This document shows, in pieces, positions 1 to 14,117 of a stretch of DNA of 64,000 nt. The notes under the pieces are model-generated. The model did no database searches. It was not told the origin of the DNA and saw nothing but the letters and a program-made list of their open reading frames with translations. Position numbers and translations under genes: made by a program. Location: NCBI RefSeq assembly GCF_009914755.1, contig NC_060927.1; one strand, given 5' to 3'. Every line of letters starts with the position of its first letter. Positions within the stretch are counted from its first letter, which is position 1. Source of the stretch: the human T2T-CHM13v2.0 reference genome, Homo sapiens.

Positions 1-604
1 AGGCTGAGTGATCTTGTAGATCTTCCTCGCCAAATAGGTGAGGTGTTCTTTGCTTTTATTTGTATATACTATAGAAGTCCATGGAAACCAAAAAGTTGTC
101 CATTGTATTAAAAGAAAAGGAAAATGGCCTAGCTGCACAGACCTCTTAGATGTCCCCTCTAAAAGCATTTCACATTCAAGAGAGCTCAGGGCACATGAAA
201 GAAATCCTGTGGTGGAGGAAGGCTGCACAATGCTGGGTGCACTCATTTCCTGCAATAGGAGAGATGATTAGGCTGAAGGACCGGCAACTTCTAGAAGTAA
301 TGGACTACAGTGTGTTTACCCTGCTTTTGTCTGCGCATATTTAGAAAACCAGTGGTAATTTTTCAGAAGGCAGCTTCTCAGAGGAAGCCTAACGATATGG
401 GGGTTGAGCTTAGGCCCTTTATATGTCTTCTTTTTGAAATCAAAGTGCAGAACATGTTCATTCTGAAACACCCTGGACATGAGCCGTACCTATGTGTCTT
501 GTTTAACTTCCTGTGCCCAGCAGTGGCTCTGCTAAAATACTGTATATGTATTTCAGAATGTCATTACTTATTTTTGGCCAGTGTTTTGTTCCTTAAGATT
601 TATT

Positions 605-785
605 TGGTTTTTAAAGAAATTGAGATATAATTTACATGCCATAAAATTCACCACTTTAAAGTGTATGACTCACTGGTTTTTAATATAGTTATAAGGCTTT
701 ATAGCCATTACCACTGTCTACTTCTAGAGCATTCTCTTCACTCCAAGAAGAAACCCTGTGTCTGTTAGCAGTCACTCTCCCTATT
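605..785 (-). mobile_element. L1MB-type LINE-1 3' end fragment
   Basis: ttgagatataatttacatgccataaaattcaccactttaaagtgta...ttagcagtcactctcc is the typical antisense L1MB 3' UTR. Confidence 0.7.
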
Positions 786-799
786 CTGTTTGTTTTTTT

Positions 800-1097
800 T
801 TTGCCAAATAAATGTTGTCATGATTATCTCTATTACATAGGAGCCTGTCTTCCGCAGAGTGTCATGACAGTTGTTTGACCTTTCGCGTATAGGTTTATCA
901 CGTTCACCTTTTGTTCTAAGGTTGATGGAGGTTGCAGTTTTCAGCACTACCACCACCACCACCATGTTGACTGAAATTATTATAGGACATAAAATGACAG
1001 TGTGTTACTCACAATCACTTGTGAAAGTTTCAGTGCTTATGAACAACAGACAACTGAGCACTGTGCAGATTTCTGACTATGTGACAAAGTTGGCCTG
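800..1097 (-). mobile_element. Ancient TcMar-Tigger transposon fragment (5' end with HTH_psq coding remnant)
   Basis: Minus strand reads ATG TCC... near 990, then after a frameshift TLEQKVNVINLYAKGQ, resembling the Tigger/CENP-B psq motif TLEQKxxVIxRYExG; CAGGCC-like terminus at 1097. Confidence 0.5.
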
Positions 1098-1942
1098 TGC
1101 TTTAAAATTTAATGAATAGAGAAGTAAATTCTTCTGGGCTATGTGGAAAGGTTTAGATTTATTTGTTTCTTACACTAATTAGTTTTTTGAAAAAAATGCA
1201 TAAAATGTGTTCATACTTACACTTATTTCTGAAGGACTGGAATTGGTTGTTCCTAAACTAACATGATTGACTTTCTTAAAAAACCTCATTTATAATTTAA
1301 AACTATTTTGAATCTGTGTTTTTATTATTCCAGAAGTGATATATGCTAGTTGAAAAATTTTAAAAAATACATAGAGCTTAGAAATGTTGTAAAGTAAAAA
1401 AAGAGTTCTTTGTCATCCTTTCACTTTAGAGTTTATGCTTCAAATTTTTAAAAATGCCTAATTCTATAACCTACTTGATTCTTTGCTCAGTTTTTAAATA
1501 CTTCAGAAATGCTTGTTTATTGAATTGTGTTATTCTTTATTTTAATACTGTTTGAAATTGATGAAAAACTTTAAAATTTTTGCCTTTCAAAGTGGTGATT
1601 GCTAAGAAAAACTCCCAGTGATTTTTCTTAAAAATTACTTTGCCCTCTTCATGGGCCAGTGGAACTTCTGAGCAACTATAGAAATGTACATACTTCAAGA
1701 CCTGGAACTGTTTATCATCAAAGAAGGCCACAATCCTTAAAAAGGCTTCCTCCTTTAGAGCGGCTTTTATAGAAAGGCTTCAGGACCCAATGACTTCCAA
1801 AGTCACATCTGTGTCTTTTCAGGCACAATTGTTTCATCATGATGATGCTACATCCTGCAGTTATATTAGCACATTAAAAAAAATGATTCTCAGGAAAAGA
1901 ATGACATTTATCATGTCCTGTCTATAGACATTAAATAATGGA

Positions 1943-2264
<322 letters not shown>

Positions 2265-4029
2265 TTAAATAATGGAGGTATCAAAATTCTGTGGTTTAAA
2301 GAAAAAAAATTCTATGGTTGACTTGATTGACTAACAAAAGTAAGTAGTTACCATGTTCCCCCTCTGGATGTTAAATGTCTCTCTATTTCTCTGTTGAATC
2401 CCAGCTTTCTGCATTGTGTCCTGAGTTTCCCAAAGTCTCCTTGTAATTATGTAGGGATGCCTAACTTAGAACTATATTCTAAGGAATCAGGTATTGAACT
2501 GAAGAAATATCTGATAGTTAGAAGAGATGGCTCTAGTAGTAAGATTTTTGAAGATACCAAAAAAGTGATTTTGAAGAGAATCCTACATTTATTTTAGGTT
2601 ACAAGTATCTAAAAAGAATATAATTTATGTGAATTGTTATTTAAACATGTTGGATTTCACTATTGCCAGAACCTAATAATGGCTTTAACATCTTTGAAAG
2701 TGCAACGATGTTTTCATTCTTCTAGGTTAACTTGTAGCAATTTAATAATTTTAATGTACTTCATAATGCTATACTTGCTTTTAAAAAAAGCGTACCTATC
2801 TATATTCACAGATATATACTGATACCTATATGTGTATATATTTTCACTGTTTCACTATATGTGTATATATTTAAACCATTTAAAATGGTTTAATACTGTT
2901 CTAATCTACCATACTGTTTCATTCACATATAGTATCATTTACTAGAGTTGTGTGGTTTTTGGAATGTGACTTGATATTGATAATGGACTGGAAAAGTTGT
3001 AAAGAGCCAAGCAAATCATCTTCTACCATATGAATAGTTAATCAGGAATAAGAGTTTCTTGCAGAAAACTGGAGCTTTAATGGATATTAGATAGCACTCA
3101 CTGTTGAAAGAGAAAATGGAAAGAAAAAAAGCCACACAATGTAAAATGAGGTCGGGTTACCCATACTGCTTTTGCAATAAAACAGAGAAGAATTTGTAGG
3201 CTTTAAAGTTTACCTTGTGAGTTTAACAATCTACAAAAGGCTGGACTTAATACTTATTAAATGTCTTTTAAAAAATGGTTTTGTTTTTCTCTCCCTACAT
3301 GCTCTCTCACTCAAAGACAAACCCATTTCCTATGTAATCACTCTATCAAACATTAATTTATCTCAACATTCCTTATTATGCTCCATAAGCACTGAATTTT
3401 GTATCAATCAGTGGTCAGTTGGTTAGTTGAAAGGAAAGTACTTTTATTTGTCCCAGATAAACCTTATTTAAGGGAAGGTTGAAGGAGGGGAGGTTGAAGA
3501 AAAAATGTGCTGATCAACAAGCTAGGATTGGAAAGACAAAAGTGGTGATTGTTTGGGAAAGAGTATGTCAGGAAACTACTCTGACCAGTCTATCTGGCTC
3601 TGTGGTTGTTCTGAGGGTGACTGGAAACTTTCTAAGCCTTTGGCACACCCAGTAAATTGTTGCTCATATTTGAAGACTAGCACTGGGGAGTGTGTTTAGT
3701 TTTATCCAGTCCATTTTTTTCCTTATCTCCTTCAACAAGGATTTATACAGTGTTTGCTTACTCTGCTAGCCACTGTGCTAGGTGTTAAACACTGTGGTTA
3801 GACTGTTAGAAGTGTGCTTCACAGTCTAAGTATCCACATTTTTATAGAAAAGAATTTTAAAGTTCATTTCTTAGAATATTTTGAGTTTTCTATACATTTT
3901 TAAGTGTTGTATAAGAAATAATAAATTATTTTATTTAGTTAAAAAGAAAATAGTTTATTATTTAAAAAGAAAGATTGATTTTGTTACTAAAGTACCATAA
4001 ATCTGAAAGCAAAATGAAGGATGTATTAC

Positions 4030-5158
<1,129 letters not shown>

Positions 5159-5207
5159 TAATTACGAGTAAAGTTGAACATCTTCTTATGGAATAAAAGC
5201 CATTTGG

Positions 5208-6997
5208 GTTTTTTTTTTTTTCCTTCCAACTTTTATTTTAGGTTCAGGGGGTACCTGTATAGGTTTGTTACATGGGTAAATTGCATGTCATGGGGGTTGG
5301 TGTATGGATTATTCCATCACCCAGGTAGTGAGCATAGTACCTAATAGGTAGTTTTTGAAATCCTCACCCTCATCCCACCCTCCATCCTCAAATAGGCCCT
5401 GGTGTCTATCGTTATCTTATTAGTGTCCATGTGTACTCAATGTTTAGCTCCTACTTATAAGTAAGAACATGCAGTATTTGGTTTTCTGTTTCTCTGTTAA
5501 TTTGATTAGGATAATGGCCTCTAGCTGGATTCATGTTGCCGCAAAGGACATGATTTTGTTGTGTTTATTTTTTATGACTGTATAGTAGTCCATGTTATAT
5601 AGGTACCACATTTTCTTTATTCTATCCATCATTGAGGGGCATCTAAGTTGATTCCGTGTCTTTGCTGTTGTGAATAGTGCTGCAGTCGACACACACATGC
5701 ATGTGTTTTTATGGTAGAACAATTTATATTCCTTTGGGTATATACCAAGTAATGGGATTACTGGGTCGAATGGGAGTACTATGTTAAGCTCTTTGAGAAA
5801 TCTCCAAACTGCTTTCCACAGTGGCTGAACTAATTTACATTTCCACCAGCAGTATATAAGAGTTCTCTTTTCTTCACAACCTCACCAGCATCTGTTAATT
5901 TTTGACTTTTTAATAATCACCATTCTGACTGGTGTGAGATAGTATCTTATTGTGGTTTTGATTTGTATTTCTTTAATGAATAGTGATGTTGAGCACTTTT
6001 TGTATGTTTTTTGGCCACATGTATGTCTTCTTTTGAAGTGTCTGTTCATGTCCTTTGCCCATTTTTTGATGGGGTTGTTTTTTGCCTAATTTATTTAAGT
6101 TCCTCATAGATTCTGGATATTAGACCTTTATTGGATGTGTAGTTTGCAAATATTTTCTCCCATCCCATAGGTTGTCTGTTTGTTTACTCTGTTGATAGTT
6201 TCTTTTGCTGTGCAGAAGCTCTTTAGTTTAACTAGGTCCCATTTGTCAATTTTTGTTTTGTTGCAATTGCTTTTGGAGTCTTTATCATGAAATCTTTGCC
6301 AGGACCTATGTCCAGAATGGTATTTCCTAGGTTTTATTCAAGGGTTTTTATAGTTTTAGGTTTTACATTTAAGTCCTTAATCTATCTTAAGTTGATTTTT
6401 GTATATGGTGAAAGGAAGGAGTCCAGTTTCAATCTTCTGCATAAAGCTAGCCAGTTATCTCAGCACCATTTATTGAATAGGGATTGAATAGGAAAATTGA
6501 ATTTTCCTCATTGCTTATGATTGTTGGTGTTGTGAAACATGAGATGGTTATAGGTGTGTGGCTTTATTTCTGGGTTCTCTGTTCTGTTCCATTGGTCTAT
6601 GTGTCTGTTTTTGAACCAGTACCATGCTGTTTTGGTTACTGTAGCCTTGTAATATAGTTTGAAGTCCAGTAGCATGATGCCTCTGGTTTTGTTCTTTTTG
6701 CTGAGGATTGCTTTGGCTATTGTGGGCTCTTTTTTTTGGTTCCATAGAATTTCAAAATAGTTTTTTCTATGTCTGAAAAACAACTTTGGTAGTTTGATGG
6801 GAATAGCATTGAATCTGTAAATTGCTTTGGGCAGTATGACCATTTTAATGATATTGGTTCTTTCTATCCATGAGCATGGAATGTTTTTCCATTTGTTTGT
6901 GTCATCTCTGATTTCTTTCATCAGTGTTTTGTAATTCTCGTTGTAGAGATCTTTCACCTCCATGGTTAGCTGTATTCCTAGGTATTTTATTCCTTTT
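5208..6997 (-). mobile_element. L1PA16-like 5'-truncated LINE-1
   Basis: Poly-T tail; 3' UTR ccaacttttattttaggttcagggggtac...; ORF 6508-7143 gives L1 ORF2 peptide IKYLGIQLT...WKNIPCSWI...[13 protein letters not shown]; degenerate TSD taaaagccatttg / taaaaccacttg. Confidence 0.9.
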
Positions 6998-8447
6998 GTA
7001 AAACCACTTGTTAGTATTTTTATTTTGTGAACTTCTGGTTCATGTCTTTTGCCCATTTTCCTATTGCATTGTTCTTTTTCTGATGAAGTGTAAGAGTTCT
7101 TTCTGTAGAAAGAAGATTTGCCCTTTATCATATGTGCTACCAATATATTTTGTAGTTTGTTATTTGTATTTTGATTTATGGATTTTTTTGTAGATCAAAA
7201 CAAATCTTATGCCATCACATTTAGCAATTTTATTATTTTGGGATTTTGAATTTTACTTAGAAATAACTTTCACATTTAGAAGTGATAAAGTTTATCTATT
7301 GTTTTTGTCTAGTATTTTAATGGATTCATTATTTTTACCTTTGATCAATTAGAAATGTGAGAATTGAGTTATATAAAAATTTAGTTTTATTTTTCCAGCT
7401 TGCTATAATAATCCATCTTTTCTCTGCTTTTTTGAAATGCAGTTTTATGTATACCAAATTTTTACCTGTAGGGTCTATTTCTGGACTTTTTTCTATTTTA
7501 TTACTTTTCATGAAGCCAGTGTAAACAACCTGTTTTAATTACTATAACTTTACAATATTTTAACATTTAGAATGTTCTGGGCTATTTTAATATACTTTAT
7601 TTTTGTAAGTGACATTTAGAATCAGCTTATCTGGTTGCAAACAATAACAGCAACAAAATTCTGTTGGTATTATTGAGATTACATTACCTTTATCATTTAA
7701 TTTAGATAAACTGATAATTTTACAATATCCAGGAATAGGATACTTCTTTAATTTATTAAAGATTTCTATTATGGATTTATTAAAGTCTTAAAGTTCTTCA
7801 TATAGATATTTTACATTTGTTACTAGACTTATTCTCAAGACTTTTTAATTTTAGTTACAGTCTTAGAAATGAGATCGTTTATGGCATAATGTTTTCTAAT
7901 TGGTTATTTTTACATACAGGAAAGCCACTATACAGAATTCCCTTATGGTTTATAATTGTTCTTCCAATGATCCTGATAGATTTTCTTGTTGTCTAATCAT
8001 ATTGTAAATGCTGATAATTTTGCCTCTCACTCTTCTATTTGTATCTCTCTTATTATTTCTTTCTTCTAATTTTATTGACTTGTGCTTTTTGAATAATGTA
8101 AAATAATAATGGTGATAAATGTGCATCTTTATTTTATTCCCAAGCTTACTGGTTCTGTTTCTAGAATTTCATCTTCAATCATGACATAGATTTTGGACCC
8201 ATAATATGTATATAATTATACATATGTTAATTATGTTAAGGAACTATATGTACTTTTTTGTTTTATTAAGAATTTTTCAAAATTTGTAGTTTATATTGAA
8301 GTTTATCAAATATGTTTTCAAATTTATACATATGATCATAGTTTTTTTTTCTCCTTGGACCTGCTAATGGTATAAATTACATTGGTAGATCTTCTGATAT
8401 CGAACCATCTTTATTCTACTAGTATGAATCTCACATGATCATGTGTG
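6998..8447 (-). mobile_element. Continuation of old L1M (ORF2 region, highly decayed)
   Basis: T-rich antisense L1 motifs (gggtctatttctggactt, aattctgttggtattattgagattacatt, aataatggtgataaatgtgcatc). Confidence 0.65.
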
Positions 8448-8449
8448 TA

Positions 8450-8798
8450 TAGTCTTCCCTTGGTATCTGCAGGAGATTGGTTCCAGGAGACCCCTCCCCA
8501 CTGTGGATACCAAAATACATGGATGCTCAATTTCCTAATATAAAGTGGCATAGTATTTGCGTATAACCTACACACATTCTCTTGTATACTTTAAATCATC
8601 TCTAGATTACTTATAATACCTAATACAGTATAAATTATATGTAAATAGTTGTTATACTGTATTCTTTAGTGAATAATGACAAGAAAAACAGTTTTTACAA
8701 AGTTCAGTACATGAAACCATCCATTTTTTTTCCCCAAATATTTTTGATCCATGATTGGTTGAGTCTAAGGATGCAGAACACACAGATACAGAGGGCTG
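8450..8798 (+). mobile_element. MER2 (TcMar-Tigger MITE)
   Basis: tagtcttcccttggtatctgcaggagattggttccagg...gatacagagggctg; internal ctttaaatcatctctagattacttataatacctaatac; TA before start. Confidence 0.85.
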
Positions 8799-9854
8799 TG
8801 AGGTAGGACTTTGACATCTTTCTTAGTTACATGAACTGTTATTAACTAATTTTGATGATATTACGCTGATAAATGATTTGTTTATTTGACATTAATTTTG
8901 TTTGTGAGTTCAGATCATTTTTAACACTTAAATGTTTACTAATATTCTTGTTCCTCCATAGCACCTTAGAAATTAAGCATGCTTCTTTAATTGTAATGTA
9001 TAAAAGTATTTTATCAGGGTATAAATGCAGCACAGTTTTTGCAAATATGTTGTATGTAAATATATAACAAGAGAAAATAAGCTGGGGAAGGCAAACTGGC
9101 CTGGCAGAGAAGCAGCAAATTCAGGGAGATGAACACCTTTTTTATACTGGGGGCTCTACTAATAGAGAGGGTCATATTTGGGAACACTGATTTTGGAAAG
9201 CAGAGGGACAGGAGGGAGAGCCTGTGTTGTAGTGGAGATACTCTGAGGGTAGGATGTATTATTGTCATGAAAACTTGACTTGCTGAGGTTACATTACTTA
9301 GGAATGCTCTGTGCAATTGTATCTTTTTTTTGGAGGTAGAACAGAGTGACAGAGTCAGGCAGCAGAGAAGTCACAGAGGGATGGCAGAGATTACCATGGG
9401 AAGACCAGCAATATCTGGGTCATTTAAGAGTTGGCATTTAGATTTATATGTAGAACAATTTTCATATTTTCTCATTCATGTTAATCTCAAAGTATGTATG
9501 TTTGACGTGGGAAGGAAATTGTTGAGGATTATGTTAGTCAGATTTAAGCTGATCTGTTAAGAGTTATTTTCAGGTTGTATTTGTACAGTGTTCATGGGAG
9601 GAGGATTCTGAGGGGGTTTAAGTCATCCTTTAGTTTAAAGAGAGATCCAGAAGGTCTTTTGACTTGTAAACATTCTCACTGGCTCCCAGTATTTTCATTC
9701 ATTGTGCCAAACTCGATTAGCACTACTCTGTCTTCTGGTCTCTCACTAGTTTTATAAGGCAAAGGTCACAATGACAGTCACTGCACTAGGCATCCCAGTT
9801 TTCATGAGACCATTTAAAGAGAGACATAAAATGAACAGTGGGTTTATATGTCAA

Positions 9855-10055
9855 AGAAGGAGTGGAAAAGGCATAGGCTTAGAGTCAGTCAGATGCAAAA
9901 TCATGTCACTTTTGCCATTGAACTCCTTATTAAACCTTTCCTAGTCTCTGTTTCTCATCTGAAAATAGTAAGTAGGGATAATAATATATCCTTTACAGAG
10001 TTTTGTTAAGCTTTAATGAGATATGTACCCAAAGAACTGGAGCAGCATAACTAGG
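9855..10055 (+). mobile_element. MIR SINE
   Basis: Core tctctgtttctcatctgaaaat...gggataataat...cagagttttgttaag. Confidence 0.6.
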
Positions 10056-10129
10056 TCTTAGTAAGTTTATTTCTCTTTCTCTTAATAGCTTATATTTTAG
10101 TCTTATTGCATAATTTTCTTTAAATCTAC

Positions 10130-10600
10130 TTTCATTTTATCCATTCATTCAACCAAAAACCGTTCACTGAGCACTTGCTGTGTGACAGGTATTGTTCCAG
10201 GGGCTGACATTAGAACAGTGATCAAGGCAGGCAAGGGCCCTGTGCTTATGAAATTTGCTTTCCAGTGGATAGGAAGAGAGAATAAAAAGCAGATTAAACT
10301 AGAAAATAATCAGATAATGATTAGTAATGTGATAAAAATATAAATGGAGAAATAATGAGTGTTAGGAATGCTTCTTTAGATTGGATGGATGAAAAAGGCC
10401 TCTTGGATAAAATCACATTTCACTGAGCTCTGAATAACAAGAAGGAGCCAGCTGTATTAAGATCTGGAGGAGGAACAGTCTAGGCAGAGGGACGCTACTG
10501 CAAAGGTGACATGAGTTTTTTTTATTTTAGAAAGAGAAGGATGGAACTGTTTAGCCAACAACCAGATCTTGAGGGATCTCATTGGCTAGCACCTGGAGTT
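10130..10600 (-). mobile_element. L2 3' end
   Basis: cattcattcaac...actgagcacttgctgtgtgacaggtattgttc followed by purine-rich L2 body. Confidence 0.7.
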
Positions 10601-11024
10601 TGGTGTAAGGGGAGTTTGGAGTTTTTCACATGCCTAAGGTAGATGGGTGTGTGTTAACTTATGGCTGAACTACTGTGGTAATAGTCTAATGTCAGCATGC
10701 ACCCAGGTAATATTCATAATACTATCCTTTGAGGGAGAACAAGAAAGAAATCCTTACTTTTATATAGTGAAGTAGGTAGATTAAAAGTCAAAGTGAGGCT
10801 AAGACACGTAACTAATTTTTTGGGTTAGCTAATCAGAGGTGATTAAAGTAATATGCTCTTAAATTAACTTTTAGTTATTTTTCTTACTATCATTTAGTTT
10901 ATGATAATTCTTTGGAATTGTGGTATAATATGAAAAGTTATGACCACTTAAGTAACAACTTAGTACCAAAGATCACTTATTTCTGATGGTGATTTGGTAG
11001 CTTAGAATTCAGATAAAGGTGTAT

Positions 11025-11850
11025 TTTTTAAAATAAGCTTTTAATTTTAGAATGGTTTTAGGTTTGCAGAGAAGTTGCAAAGATAGTACAGAGTTCCCAT
11101 ATGCTTTACACCCAGTTTATTATTAACATCTTAGAATGGTATATTTGTCACAATTGATGAGCCAATATTGATACACTATTATTAACTAAAGTCCATACTT
11201 GCAATGCAATCCTGAAGCTAACCACAATGAGTAGGTGCAGACTTCAGAGGCTGAGGTCACAGTCGTCCCTAAGGCTCTTCTCATTTCAGATACCAGCTGC
11301 AAACTCTGGGGTTCCCAGACTATCCAGACTATCTATGTTTCTGACCAACTAGCTACAAATTCAGTAATTTGCTAGAATGATTCACAGAACTTAGGGAAGT
11401 ACCATACTTATGATTACAGTTTTATTATACAGGATACAGCCAGTGAAGGGTTACATAGGGTGAGGTCAGGAAGGGTCACAAATGAGGAGTTTCCTTGTCT
11501 TCAGGACACAATCACTCTCCCAGCACATTGATATATGATTACCAACGAGCACAGCTCATTGAGGAATGTTCCTCAATTTGGGGTTGTGTGATGTTTTTCT
11601 CATTATTAGACTGGGGTTATGGTTTTTTGAAGGAAGGTCACAGAGGTAAAGTGCCTATCATATCAAGAATATGTAACTGACATGACTTATGACTTTTGAT
11701 GTTAACCTTGATCATCTGGCTGAGGTAGTGTTTGTCAGGTTTCTCACCTGTGAGATTACCCTCGCCCACCTCTTTTTCATACCTCACTATTTGGAAGGAA
11801 GTCACTACATGCTGCCCACACTTAGGTCTTTCCCTCCTTGAGAATGTAGT
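11025..11850 (-). mobile_element. L1MC-type 3' UTR, interrupted by an LTR fragment at about 11200-11558
   Basis: gaagttgcaaagatagtacagagttccca...aactaaagtccatact and ttagactggggttatgg...ttggaaggaagtcact. Confidence 0.7.
11200..11558. mobile_element. MER21/MER77-family LTR fragment
   Basis: ttcagataccagctgcaaactctggggttccc...aatttgctagaatgattcacagaacttaggg...ttacagttttattatacaggataca. Confidence 0.6.
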
Positions 11851-12295
11851 AAGATAAAGAGATTTTGATAGGTAGAAAGAGAAATGATTTAAAACTTATA
11901 TATTATTAAAAATCTATTAACCTTTTCAAATACTAGAAAAATAGAATCATGGAGTTGGATGGGACCTTTCTTCAGATGAGCAAGTTTGAAAGAGCCATAC
12001 AGAGACAGAGTTCACTGTTGGTGAGAGGGACTTTGATAATTGAAGTGCTGCATCTACACATTTCTGTCAAGTCGTTATGATCTGTGGCATGTGAGAGATG
12101 ACCTATGGTTACCCTGTTGAATAATAAGTTACCCCTATGTCAGGCCTTCAAATGTGTTTTGGGATAAGAAATATGTTGAGAGCTGCACCTTTCTTTGTAG
12201 AGGATTTAAAATAAGCTCAGTAAAGTGTGCGTGTTGATTTCCATGAAATATAATTCTTCCATGGCTTGACTTTTAGAAGGTGAACTTTGGGGATA

Positions 12296-12777
12296 TGAAC
12301 AAAAGTTCTCTGAAAAGGAATTTGAATGAAAGAGACTTTATTTCAATAGACAGTTTGCAAACTGAGGAGAGGCAGCCTTAGGTGTAAAACAAAGGTGCAT
12401 TCCAGAGAACAATGGCAGGGTTCCAGCAAAAGTTCTCCTCTAGGTTATCAATCAGGTTTGTTTATGCAAATGAAGGATTAAAACTTGCTCAGTTCTGATT
12501 GTCAAGACAACTGAATCCTGATTGGTTGATACAGCTGAGCCTAATTGGCTGGGGCAGTTGAGCTCTGATTGGTTGGTTTCCAAGCCAGAAACCAGAAGTC
12601 TCTGTTAGATGTTTATTTTATAAATAAGACTGAAAGGGGAGGTCCTGTGATATTTTTACATCTCTCTGAGAATAGAGTACATGACTGCTCCCTCACCGAG
12701 CTATGTCTGCCTGGTTCTGTTTTAACTTTGAGCACCTCAGCCACAGGAAATCCATTTTATCTAGGGCCTCTTTAACA
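12296..12777 (-). mobile_element. ERV1 solo LTR, MER67-like
   Basis: TG...CA termini (tgaacaaaagttctctgaaaaggaatttg ... tttaaca); tttatt (AATAAA on - strand); repeated gattgg (CCAAT) boxes. Confidence 0.65.
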
Positions 12778-13308
12778 GAGGTTTTGTTGTTGTTCTTATC
12801 TGTTTTATCATAGCCAACTTTTGGCTTATGGAAGGATTATTTTAGTGTATCATATATATTCAGGTTCTGTGTTCTGGAATGTCAAATTACTTGTCGACCT
12901 ACTTAAAGATGATCACTATATTAAATCTGATAGTTGATGAGTGGGGAAAAGGGCATTCTGAGTTGGTTGAAGGAATTGAGAACCCTACTGTGACTAGTGT
13001 CTCTGTGTCCAATAGCTCTCCTCATGATAAAACTCTAGCTTCCAGTCATACGCAAATAACATGAAATTTTAGGCAAGAATATTCACCGAAAAGCATTTGG
13101 TATGAGAGGAAAAGATGTTCACTTTGTAGTTTGATTTGCATATTTTTATTATTACTCCTTTAACGGCTCCAAGCAGCAAGGAAGTATCATTTGTAACTTC
13201 TAAAACACTTAGCCTCTTTTGTCTTCATTGTAAAGCACGAAGTTCTTAATGGACTGATTAATACAAACAACGCCCTCTGAGAGCAAGATTGTTATCTTCA
13301 CTTTATAA

Positions 13309-13527
13309 CAGGGTGTCCAATCTTTTGGCTTCCCTGGGCTACATTGGATGAAGAAGAATTGTCTTGGGCCACACATAAAATACGCTAACATGATAGCTGG
13401 TGAGCTTAAAAAAAATCGCAAGAAAATCTCAGAATGTTCTAAGAAAGTTTACAAATTTGTGCTTAGGCCTCATTCAAAGCTGTCCTGGGCTGCATGTGGC
13501 CCACGGGTAGAGGGTTGGACAAGCTTG
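13309..13527 (+). mobile_element. MER30 (hAT-Charlie MITE)
   Basis: cagggtgtccaatcttttggcttccctggg...gggttggacaagcttg; 8-bp TSD ctttataa / ctttagag. Confidence 0.92.
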
Positions 13528-13904
13528 CTTTAGAGAAAGAGGAAACGCAGGGGGTAATGGTGAAATGATCTGATTTGAGGCAGTGGCTGAACCTGGGAGA
13601 AGATAAACCTAGTATGGCATGACTGAGCCCATATTTGCCTGAGGAAGATAAAAGCTGCTGCTTTAACTTCAGGTGAGCCTCACCCCCATACAGGGAATAA
13701 GATTTCCAGGAAGGAAGAAATGTTACTTAAGGACTGGGAAAGATGAAAATGGGAAAGTGCCACATACATAGCAGATTGTATAATATATTGGTATGTCTTT
13801 TCTTCAAAATTCCGATCCACCAATAAGCATTTTTTTCAAAATAATTTTTCAAAGTTTGTCATTTTTAAAAAAGACAGTCCCCCCTTTTCTAAGTAACTCT
13901 AGAC

Positions 13905-14117
13905 CAGGGTTTAGATCTGGTCTTAACACGGTTAGCATTTGGGGCTGGATATTTGTTTATTGTCGTGGAGGCTGTCTTGTGTACTGTAGGACATCCCTGG
14001 CTTCTGTCCTTTAGATGATAGTGGCAACCAAGCTTCCCACCCCCACAAACAAAACTGACTGCAGACATTGCCAAGTACCCTGCTGGGGGCAAAATTGCCC
14101 CTGGGTGAGAACCGCTG
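13905..14117 (+). mobile_element. MER20 (hAT-Charlie)
   Basis: catttggggctggata...cagacattgccaagtaccctgctgggggcaaaattgcccctgggtgagaaccgctg; NNCTAGRN-type target flanks. Confidence 0.85.

Noticed and set aside
448-486. p53-like GAACATGTTC
   Set aside because: Single half-site; the second candidate is degenerate and too far away
6508-7143. 211-aa ORF on the - strand
   Set aside because: L1 ORF2 remnant of a truncated L1PA16 read through into an older L1; not a gene
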